From positions 36,656,118-36,720,117 of the forward strand of contig JARFYF010000053.1 of NCBI GenBank assembly GCA_030265395.1: a DNA stretch of 64,000 nucleotides, written 5' to 3'. This DNA is from Rhina ancylostomus. Taxonomy: Eukaryota. Every line of letters starts with the position of its first letter. Position 1 is the stretch's first letter. This document shows, in pieces, positions 42,801-54,800 of the stretch. The position numbers and the translations under genes were made by a program. The notes beneath the pieces are model-generated. The model did not search any database. It was given only the letters and a program-made list of their open reading frames with translations, and was not told the origin of the DNA.

Positions 42801-45800
42801 ATTGGCCAAGATTGGCGAATGCTTCGGTCGCTGAAGCAATATAGCTGTTTTTATGGAAGGCGCTTTCATCTGCCGGCAGCGGGCCAGTTTGCATGCTATT
42901 TGGTCCAATGTAACACGCGATGACAAATTACAATGTTATGAATAAGAAAATATTTTTCACAACCCACCCATTACACTGTCACATACATAATTTTAATACA
43001 ATTACATTATTCCAGCCCGTAAACAAAATTATTTTAAGATGCACTTGATGAAGTATTTTGTAAGCTACAAGCGCCGTCTGACAGTCTCTCCCATGATAAT
43101 GAACGCATTTACCTTTTGCTTGCTTCCTCAGCTTTTCCTCTAAAATGGTAATTGCAATATGATATCAGCAATATTTCAAATGAAATGCTATTTCTTTGAG
43201 TTTTCTGTTCGATAGGGACATAATCAACTGAACTAGAAAACAATTTTTGTGTACCTACTGATTACCAAAGTATTCGATATATGCTTTTTTTTCAGATTTG
43301 TCGCCACCAGAACTTTAAAATGCCATGAATGGTCAATGTCGTGCATATAGCCCGATGATGCTGACTGTTCCGGATAAGAGCAATGATCTATTTTTCACAA
43401 AAGTTCCTTTCCCGCTTAAACTGACCATATCCTTTATTATTCCACTTCGATGATTTTACATGCAATTAAATCACGGAACCCACTGTCCCCGTGAGTTCGA
43501 AGAATTTGTCGCCTAATCTCCTCTCCCGTCATCGCTGCAGGATTTTGTATACTTTCATTTGGAAAAAGCATCTCGGCTTGGATAAAACCGACATTTTCGA
43601 AACAAACATAACATCTCACTTTTGTTCAATGTTCTTACTATTTTGATCGGTTTCAAGCAAGTCTACCAGTAATTGTTTGTGTAATATTTATATCTATGAA
43701 TCATTCAAATTACTTTTTGACAGTTTACCTACATCAGGAGCGTCAAAACGTAGAGAAAGAAATAAAATANNNNNNNNNNNNNNNNNNNNGTCACATCCAA
43801 TTCGGCTTGTGTCAATGATGTTTGGACAACGCCTACTCTGCAAATATTCGTAGATATCAGTGAAGTTTTGCTGGTTCACAGCTGCTGAGGTCTATATTTT
43901 TAGGGTCAGGTAGATATGAGCAAGGCCACGGGGAGAGGCCTCCAGTATCGGCAACGATCGAAGGTTATCACAATCTGAAACAAAAATACTGCTGATAATG
44001 GAAATCCGATATCAGCAAAACAATACTGGCAGATTGTGCAGCACCTATAAAGACAGTAGCGTAGTGTCATGGAGTCGTAATTTGTACGGCATAGAAACAA
44101 ACCATTTGCCACACTATCAAAAATTGACCTACCTCTCTGATTTCAAACTGAACTAATTATAATAAGGATGTGAGATTTGGGTTTCCATGGATCGTTTCTC
44201 GATAAATCAGAAGTGCCTCCGATAATCCCGAATCTCTATTTGAAACTGTGGACACATGTTAGAGCACTATTAAGTGGCAGAGATGGAAACAATACGAATC
44301 CGAGTCGTTGTAATATCCGGGAAAAGGAATGTAATTGGTCATGAGTTTATAATCTGGAACTGGCTAACTAATTGGACTGCTAAGCCTCAAGGAATGGATG
44401 TTGTACTTTGGTGAAAAACTCTCTGAAGAAATGAATGAAAACACGGACAAGTTAATGAGGCGATGGTCATGTGATGCTTCCGAATTTATAAAATAAATTA
44501 ACTTATTTTAAATCATAAACAGATTTCTAACCTGTTGTTTTCAGTTTCCCCTTCAGCTTTTCAATTTCTACAAAAAAGAACGTCGCGTTTTAGTTTCTTG
44601 AAAGCAATCGTTGTTCTTTTGCGAGGCACAAGTTCCCCTCCACGGATATTCGCATTTAATGAAGAATCACAACACTATAAATCCATGGTATATACTAACA
44701 CGCTCATGGCATCTGAGGCTGTTTACAGGACAACTATGAAAAGAAAGGAAATGAAGCCATTAACAGTATTTTCTGGTTTCTTTAGGGAAGTAAGTACTGA
44801 GTGGCACCCAGTCTGACGTTATTTCGCCATTTATATGAAATTTCCTCTCTTCCAAAGAGAATTCTCTGCAGCATGCAGTGAAATAATACACTTAGACATT
44901 AGGAATAACACGTCGTAATGAGTAATATATCTTACAGTTGGTTACATTCAGAATCAAGAACTCATAAACTGAATGGTCTTCAAGTAAATAATCCATAAGA
45001 GTAATGTGACATTAAAACCAGACGGATAAGGTTAATGTCCACTTGTGGGTCGAATGGAGGCATATATGAATTAAGAAAAAGGGGATTCTATGGAAACCAA
45101 AACGAGTCAGGTCCCTACGGTGGAACAAATGTGTTCTTATTACGTTTACTTCTTGCAAGAGAGTGAAAAGAATGATATGATTAATGAATCACTGAGCTTG
45201 CTATGGCGGTATTTTGATGAAAGGCTTTCAGTTTAAGATAACTCATTCAGCACACCGTCATAGTAATGACTAAAGCATTGTATGGTTGAGTATTGCAAGG
45301 GAGTTCTTGGGATTGAGGTGAGGGTGGAACAAGCACCGAGGAGGATATACGTTAACTTATGGGGTTTTGAAACGTAAGCATTGTGTTAACTGAACTTGGT
45401 TCACTGAAATTTGGAGAAATATATAAAAGTGTGCTTCCAGTCTACGTGAAATTCAACTCTATGATTCTGCAGGTCGACTATTCGTAATTGGAATCGATGA
45501 TTCTGATATATAATCTATATTTCCACATTAGGTGTTGTTTCAAATATTGGGTTCATTTCTATCCGCTATGTTCTCTGTCTCTGAAGTGAACTCAAGGCTC
45601 TGAGCGTAGTATTTATTCAATGAAGGCTGTTGGAACAGTTTGAATGGGAGAAAAATAGCTTTGGTTGCATGTACTCGCGTGATATCCCTGAAACTGCCAA
45701 CCAACTGATTACATTTTCATTTGTATTTTAACATAGATCAAAATGTTTTGCGTTTATGAACATTGTCATAAATTACCTAGATCTTTTTCAAAGACGAGCT

Positions 45801-48800
45801 GATCTGCTAGTGGGAAGATGATAAAATTGTGATGAAGTACTCCCTCGTGTGAAATACATGCTAAATATTAATATAGGGCTGACCCTTAAAGTAATAACTA
45901 AGCATTGAGATTCCTTCTGTTACACTGAGCCAAAAAATGTTTAAGAAATCAAAATATTCTGATTACTTTGTCATTCAAGCAACACAAAATTTTGCCTGAG
46001 TGATCTATTTTTATTATTAAAACAAAATGACGCTCGTTTCAAGAGGCAAAACATCAAATGAGATCACCATGTTATACACTCTTCTCAGTAATTTGGCATC
46101 AGTTGCGGAACATTTGGATGATAAAACCCGACGTATATTCTATCATGAATTCAGTGTTGATTCCCGTCGTCCCACTTTTATTTACTCACCATCTCTTTTG
46201 TTTTCTGTATCCAATTCTGAGGAAAATGAAATACATACTTCTGTTGGCAATATCGTAAATACACGTTTCAATTTGGTTTCAGCAGTACATTGCTCTGGTA
46301 CCAATGGTCTCTGACTTTCTGTATCTCGACAGTATTTGATTGGTCGTAATTTTAATCGTTTATCGCCTCGCAAGTCCGTTGGAAGATTGCAAGTTCGGAA
46401 AATAAAATAAAATAACGGCTATTTCTGTGAGATTCTAAAAATAATACAATGATGGAAGTACTAGGCTTACCTAGCAACTTCTGTGAAAAGTGTAACAGAT
46501 TCAATATTTCAGGAGGAATAAGCTTCTTTAAACTGACAGAGGAGTTTTTTTAAGTTGTAGGGATCGCAGGAAGCCTCGATAGGGCATAGCAAATACGTTT
46601 GATAAGGTGAAGTCAGGATTGCTATCGATGGAAGATGTAATTGACGTCAGACGAATGGTCTGCGGCCCTGAAAATTAAATCTGTTCCTCCACTGAAAGGC
46701 TAGCTGCCCAAGCTGCCGAATGTGCTAGCAGTCTGTTTTTCAGTCATTGTTAAATTGCCACTATTCTTCAGCTAGGTTTTCCCACGGGATTTACTTCTGA
46801 TTGTCATCTACTATTCAAGGTAAACTGCTGTAACATTAGGGAACTCTCATTCTCTGTCTGTCTCAGAACTGACCAGTCCAGCTGTGGAATTGGGTTATTT
46901 TCTTTCTCTGACTATGTCTCTGTCTGTCTCTGTCTCTTTCTGTCTGTCTGTATCTCTCTCCTCTCCCTCCCTCTCTCCCTCCCTCTCTCTCTCACTCTCT
47001 CACTCACTCTCTCGCATTCTCTATGAGCAAAGCCTGTCCTCTTGGACAGACGTGTCCTTCAGCACTGTATTTCGTTACGTTTTGGATCCCTGATATGTGT
47101 TCTGGCTACATATTTGCACTCATGTCATATCTTTCGTGTCGGTTTCCTCATGTTCCACTCCCCATTTGGTCCCATTACGCCATTTGAGTAGATGATTTCA
47201 TTTTCAACTTATCTCCACGAATATCCAGACCACACCTTTCACCCTTTGACCGATAGGCTTTTCCCATTCTCTCTGCAATATAAATCAACATATTTCGTCG
47301 CTATTTCAGATCTGGCAAAGGATCTTCGGCCAGACACTTCAAATTTGTTCCTGCTTCTGCAGACGATACGCTACATGTTTAGAGTTTTTGTAATTTCCCA
47401 TGCAAATATAACTCTCACTGTCTGTTTATCTTTCAACAAATGTCCTGGGGAGAGCAGTGTTAATGGTTTTTGTTTACAATCTATGACCACGGACAATAAA
47501 GTTCTTGCACATACACTTCTCAATTCTGCTGACTAGGGAACGATAAGCATTTTTTTTGTTTGTTTTCCCATTGGGCTTTGTTTCATGTGCTGACGGTTTC
47601 AGCTATGTTACTGTTAGATATATGTGGTTCTTGACAACGATCAGAAATTTAGAGACTCGCAGAGTAATATAACACAGAAACATACACTTCGGCCACTATG
47701 CATGACCCCGGAGAACCCATTAGTACTAACCCCATGTTTCATCACTTGGAAAATAGCCTNNNNNNNNNNNNNNNNNNNNNNNNNTCCTCAATATTGCGAG
47801 ATCTTTGCCACTAGCAAGCCATTAGTCAATGCGATCCAAATCAGATTCCAAACACACTCAGGGTGAATATAAAATATTCAGTAAAAGAAACTTCCGATAC
47901 CCTCTCCACCACCACCACCCAGCTTTTACCTTAAACCCATGGTCAAATAGACTTATGCACCTATTCCACCGTTTGAAATTTATCAGTATTTAACAAAACT
48001 ATGTCCCTTGTAAGTTCTTATACGGCAGTCCATTCACTGTGTTGCTTTTCTCTGCTCCAAGGAAAACAAGCACAGTCTTTTCAGTGTCTCGTCATAAAGG
48101 AAATATTCCCTCGTACGAAACACATTGATACATATACTGTACACACCATAATGTGCAAAATGTCCTCCGTATATGACGAGCAGATTTGTACATAGTAGCA
48201 CACAACGAGCCTAACTAATTTTGAACTTAATGGAACGATATCGTTCCCTGCTCTTGCAGCCTCTAATCTCATTTATCTACCAATGAGTTTTGAAAGGCCA
48301 GTAAGTCAATTTGTGATCCTAATTTTGATTCCAATCTCTACTCATAGAGTTTAATTTGATTAAACTTACAAAAAAAATATTCCTCCATTCCTGCAGTTAC
48401 GGACTCCTGCATTCATGTTGCAATGGCAGCTTCCCTTTTGAATTCATCCCTGACACGCCTGAAGATACAATACCATGGAATTTTGAATTGCCGGTTTTGA
48501 TGAAATTCTGTTTTTTTCTCTGTAGAGAAACAATATCGCATTCACATGTTCTGAACAATCCCTTCCGTTCGGATGCTTGGAATTCAGACTCATGGCATTA
48601 AACTAGATGAAGTTTAGCCTCACATTTGCTACCTTATGCATCTTCGCGCACATATGCTCTGCACAATGAACTAACTTAATATATATTTTTTCTTCTGGCG
48701 TTAACTGCATCATCAATTGAAACTTACATTGGCCCTGTGTCATGTAGCATTGCGCATTAAACTTAGACCCAAAATAAAGGGATAAGCAAGCATCTCCCAA

Positions 48801-51800
48801 AGTATATTGGACCTGTTCCCGCACAGATGAAACGCGTACAAGTGAAGCAGTTCCCAGCTTCCGCCAAGTTCTTCAGAACAACCCGGACGTACGAGTCATT
48901 CTCTTGGAACATCTCATAGCCAAGTACTCAGCTGACCTATCTCCCAATTCCTATGTTAACTAGAATGCGTGGAGACCCCTCTTCTCGGTGTGTTGCTAAT
49001 TCACTCGATTCATGGAACAGGACGTTATCTTTCTTTTTCCGTTAATGTCAATACGATCGTGATAAAGGGCCTCCAGTTGTTCACCCTTTCCCTTTGGAAT
49101 GTATTGCAGCTACATCTTGACGTCTTAGGTCCTTGCATAATGGTGGGGGGGGAGACAACACACCACATCCTGATTGAGTTCCATGACCGCAAAGTGCCCA
49201 TGTCACCTGAAACTCTTGCCATTTAACTCGTAATTCCCTCTAGATTCTGTCTTTGGCTGGCATCATTGATTTTATTCGCGCGTCTTTCCTTTAGATGCAA
49301 CGTGGCCACCTCGAAAATCCGGCAGTCCACGTAAGTCCAGCCACACTTTAGTAATGTAGTAAATATTGTTACCAGGTGCTATTTTTCCTGTACATTGTTT
49401 AAATACATTTCTTGCATACCAAGCACACGTAATTGGTAAGGACCTACATTACATGAAATAATTGGTAATGCAATGAGATACCCAAATTTTGACCGTCTTT
49501 ATACTTCAAAGGAGCCAAATTCATTAACGAAAGAAGATCGTTTTCTAAAAAAAAGAGCATCGTCATATCCACAGTAATAATAATAATGACAATAACAATA
49601 ATACAGGTGTTTCCTTACGCAAAGCACTTATAGTTTCTTTCAAGATTTTTATTTCTGGAATGAAAATAAATCGATATTGTTCATCACTAGGCAGGTAAAA
49701 AATGTAGAGTTACACATGCAATACGAGATATTAAACGGCACAAAACATGTCTAAAAAGCGGCAGAAAATGCAGTGAACGGTTACACAATATATTCATCGA
49801 GATGGTATCAAAACAAGTAAAGGAAGAGTGAAGTTAAGAAATGAAGGGTGTGACAAAATTATTAATCAGATAAAAATAGATTGCTCTGCATTCGTAGTTG
49901 TTTGGAGGGAGTGTTTGGAGAGGACATGGGAAGACTTTTGTTTCCGAAAATGAAAGAGCTGCAAGTTAACTGCCCTGCCAGATCAAATGCATACTTCAGC
50001 CCGAATATTTCTTCTGCATATTTTAGTGGGCAAGTCGATAAGGATTTCAACATCAGACAAGGGCGTATATGTCCTCATTTGCACCTTGGTCAAGTACTTC
50101 AGTAATCTTCTGAAAGGAGAAACTGAATTTAATTGTCGCTTTACTGTTGTATACACCTGTCTACCTTCGTGTACTCTAAAATGATCTCATCAATTGAATA
50201 GTACACTGCCTTAAATGAAATTTAAAAATGTATTGTTATTTCGATAATATTTATGGTTAAAATTTGGTATTTTTAATCAATATAAATGCTAATTATTTCT
50301 GTCAGTTAAACATGTTTGACATAAGAATTGCAGTATCATTTTGTGAAGATGTGATTGTCTTTCATTTGCACTTGCTGAACAGCAAAACACATTCAGGAAA
50401 TGTTCCCTTCAGCAATGCGTGAACTACGGTTCACTGGCCACAAAGGATGTCCATTAGTGCAACCATTGCAATCACCATCTGCGGCTGGTCAACACTCAAG
50501 GGGGTCGTTGTTTTGCAACTGCGTACGATAAGCAGAACTGCGGAATCGGCCTTTGCTAGAGTACGACTAGACTAAGCCTCAACCGGCAAAGCAAGTTAAG
50601 GCATTTACATTCCAACAACAATTATGTTTTCCTTCTGAAGCATACTCATATAACTGATTTAAAATATATTGCAGTTGCGTAGCCTTAAAGGAAATTTATT
50701 ATGCATTATTAGCGGCAGTCGGTAGATAAAGAATTCATAGCTGCTCTCAATGTGGTACACCAGATTTTTCTTTCAAGTCTGATGCAACAATTCAACATCA
50801 ATCAATGATGTGAGGGGGATAAAAGAAGTAAAAAATCTGCTGGGAACAGAATTGTTACATCACATGATGCGTCCATAACATTTTTAAAAGATTTTACAAA
50901 ACGGCAAGAAGTTAAGGCGTCGGTTATGCTCTTGTTGGTTCAGTCTGTCGGCTGCAACTGTTGCTCCAAGGAGCGGGAGAACTCACGTGGCGTTATGTGC
51001 GTTTTAATCAGTGAGCNNNNNNNNNNNNNNNNNNNNNNNNNNNNNNNNNNNTTCCTGACTCCGCAGTGCGCATCAACATGAATGGCCATTTTTGTGCCAT
51101 GTTACCAGCGCCCATTTTCCTGTCGAAGAATAAGGTAGCACAGAGATCTTTGCATGTTACCCTCCCGTGAGTGCTTTTGCTAACTCGCCTCGCTCTAAAA
51201 TACTGCAATAATTCCTTTTCTGACGATCCATTCCACCGTCCTCATTCCCAAATATGCGTTCTGACAGCCTTGCGTGGTGTAGGTATATGTCCAAACCTTT
51301 GAACTCGGCTGAAGGGCCATTTCTTAGTTGTAATAGTACTTGTAATATTAAAAGTAACTACCACGAAAAATAGTGAAAAAAGACTGAAGAAAGGAATGAG
51401 AAACTAGCAAAAAAATAAATGAAACAGTGATGTCCCGTGGTGAGGAGAAGATTTCTTTTTTAACATCTGTTGTGGCAATTTTGTGAGAAATTCAATTCCG
51501 TTATCATTACATGTTGTTCCTGTCGATTCGAAATAAAAATAGTCATAGAAACTCTTAAGCTGTGCTGTTGAATTACGATACACGTTATAGATTGAATAAG
51601 TACCTTTATCTTTTGCAATAAGTGACCTGGCTGTAAATTAAAAAAAAGAAACATTAATTAAATACACTTGCTAATACAACGTGGCTGGTGGGTCGGCTTG
51701 AAAATCAGAATTGCTTACTGAGCTATCCGGATATGTCATCATTAGTTTTAATCAATTGAAGCCTCGTGTGGAAACAGGATTACATTATTTTAATAATCCA

Positions 51801-54800
51801 TAACAAGGGCATGGTATTATCAAAGTACTTTTATTTCGTAATGAAACTTATTTAGTATAAATCTTAATCAATACAATCGCGAAGAGGGGCAACGTTATTT
51901 TTAGAATTGGATTTTAATAATGCTTGAGAGCATTTGTAAAAACATTCAAAGAAGCTGCAGAACTATTCTTGTCTGAATTATTACATTTTGACTTGTTGCA
52001 TTTCAATGTGATAACAGTGAAATTATTTGAAAAAGTAAATAGGCATGACCGTTTAATTACAGAGTAGAGTCTTTTTACAGAGTGGATATGATAGCAAACT
52101 GGGAATCTTTACAATGACAATTAGAGAAAATTCGAACTGCCAAGATTAATTTACTATTCACATATATCCCTTCAGCTGTTTTTAAAAAAAATCTTCGCGG
52201 AGGATGGCTGTCGATTTAATAATTTACAAAAAAATGTCAAACAACAAAATATACACTGGAATTTCAATTGCTTCACTCAGCGAAATATTGGGAATTATGA
52301 TAAACTTTGTAAGTGAAATAGCAACTGATTAGGTTGCAACTTCGAAATATAACTGTGCCATCATTAGATGTTTAAAATCTGGGAGCAAAGAGTAAAGAGG
52401 GAAACAAGACAAAATAAATGACTATTTTAATTAACAGGAAAATACAGAGGCATCAAACGCCTCTGTGTGATACTTCTATTATTTTATATTAGTAAGGTAG
52501 TGGGTGCTTTTAGAGAGTAAGTATTAAAGAATGACGTTGAATCATGTGTCTCTTTCTAATGTTGCATGATATATTGCTATGAACAAATATATTACCGACG
52601 CCAACGAAAGGCACTCGTCAGAGAATATACTATTTGTTTGTGTTCTAGTGCTCAACGTGATTTCTACCTCATATGCCTGTTTTGTCAATGTTCCTCTTGG
52701 GATGTAAAAACACTGACGATTTCAAATATTTATCCATTTAACCGGGGTACAAGTTTTCCTCGGCATTTGTGGATTGCATTGTACACAGTGGATCAACCCT
52801 GAGAAAAACAATTAATTTGTCAGAATGCGAAACTTGGTTGGCACCGGCGGAGTAGAAAATAATGTTCCTAATTTAAAATGAATTAAACAACAGAAGAAAA
52901 GAATCTTATTGACCTGAAATATTGTACTTCCAGACTAGCCCTTATGTAAATATATCCAGTAAGTTTCACACACATATTTCGAGAAGCTCAGTCTTTACAC
53001 AACAAGACACACGGCAATCCACTTCTAAACAATCAAAAACACTGAAAGTTTTCAATCGTTTCTCGTTTCACAATGTATCGGCAGTGAAAGAACTAGGTTA
53101 CACCGTTGCGACGAAAGAACTGTTTTCAGAGAAGTAGGGACGCGCATACCATATAACAAGAGGTGTTACCGCCTTTGCTTACCTGTGTCCCGGAGTACTT
53201 TGTCGATCTCTTCAAATATAAATGGAAATTATTGACAAATCCCCTCAAAATGCAGAATAATTAATTCACAAAGTTTCTGTCAGTTATGGTTGCAACTGTT
53301 GAGTTTAACTTTAACTAAGGCCAGTTTCCAATTAGCATCTGCCAATCATTTGTTTTATGAAACCTTTATTTAGTTGAGCAGTTCTCAGCCCGTGTGCTAA
53401 TGTCTATTGCTATCAATCAACTGAAAAGAGGATCTACTTTATTTGTACAGGAATTTATTGAAGCCAGTTTGGTTTTCTGCAAGGAAGTAATTATTTTTGT
53501 TTGTTTAGGCATGCAAACGTACACTGCTCTCAATACATCACATTTACAAGGCAGGTTTTAAAAAAAGTTTTCACGTTGAACTAATGTCAAAAATGTATCT
53601 CTAATACATTTTCCAGTCCCGGCATGTCAACAAAGGGGGATTGAAATCCAGTTGATCAAAAATCTCGATATTCCCTCAAAATTACACTGTCAGGAATTGA
53701 GATCGTGAACAGTTGGAACGAAAACCCAACCTTTTCTTTAATGACCTTTCTGGCTGGTATCTCGCTGGTCTGGTCTGTTACTGATATTAGGCCTACAATA
53801 TATACTTTTAAGAACACCTTAAAGTGAACACTGAAACATTGGTAAAACATAACGTTACAATAATTGGCAACTAAGGTTCATTGAACTGGTTGACCACGTT
53901 GTAAGTGGAAAATGTGGATGGATATTAAATTATTGCAAACATTACTTTTGTCGAATAGCGATTGCAAAATGACAATACAATTGAAAGGAAATCTGAGTTT
54001 TCTCCAAACCTTGCAGCACTTTGAAAAATCCAAAAGCATAATTTATCCCTAAGAGCCATTATAAATTTGTAACCGAGGTTGCTATTTGTGGACAAGTGGA
54101 GAAGCAACAAAGCCCCGGAAATGGTAAGCCTTAATTGGGCCCTGTCATCTCTTCCTGAAATTATATCAGAAGTCTGGTATAGATGAGCAAACGTTCACTG
54201 CGGAACAGAACTAAATCAGAACAAAAGCATTTCGTGGGGTTAAGCATCTATGGTGAAAAAAATTATATACTAAAAGAGTTGCCGGGCAGAAAGAAGTTAG
54301 CCCTGTCACTTTTTTTTTGGTTTTCATATAGTCTGCCTGATGTAGGCAGTGGTTTTCCTTCAATCTATTAATGTTTGCTCAGGAACTCCGTACTGATTTT
54401 TAAAAAATCGTCCCAGATAATCACATAGATCGCGTGTTACCAGAAAAAGTCACGTGATCGCAGAGATGAAACAACAATGTTCCATCAGTCTCAATTATGG
54501 GAATGATTTATTGGCTTCACCTGGATCGTGTGTACTTTTTCTTTCTCCTGTGTTCCGATGAAAAATGAAATTAATTTTACAATATTTGCAGAAAATACAC
54601 CAAACATTAAATAACATATTGAATAGATTGGCTTAGGTATTAATGCTTTTAATCTCCATGAGTGGCCCATATGGATCTTTGAGCAAAACTGTCTCGTCTT
54701 TTGCCTAAATCACGGAGAGAAATCAACCTTTAACAGTGCTTGGCAATTGTTCCTTTAAAAGCTATTAACGTAGAACATCACAAAATGCTCGTGAAGCCCT

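Noticed and set aside
46190-46395. LRRCT-like motif CNLPTDLRGDKRLKL...C in ORF 46182-46373
   Set aside because: No AG acceptor upstream, and the donor is better explained by the 27-nt micro-exon with its own strong acceptor; probably chance.
51060-51330. Selectin/C-type lectin-like words (WTYTY, CYLILRQENGRW)
   Set aside because: Motif spacing is wrong, conserved Cys/Trp residues are missing and there are several stops.
54053-54123. PTP Q-loop-like exon SHYKFVTEVAI
   Set aside because: Too short to be significant and no other phosphatase exons are nearby.
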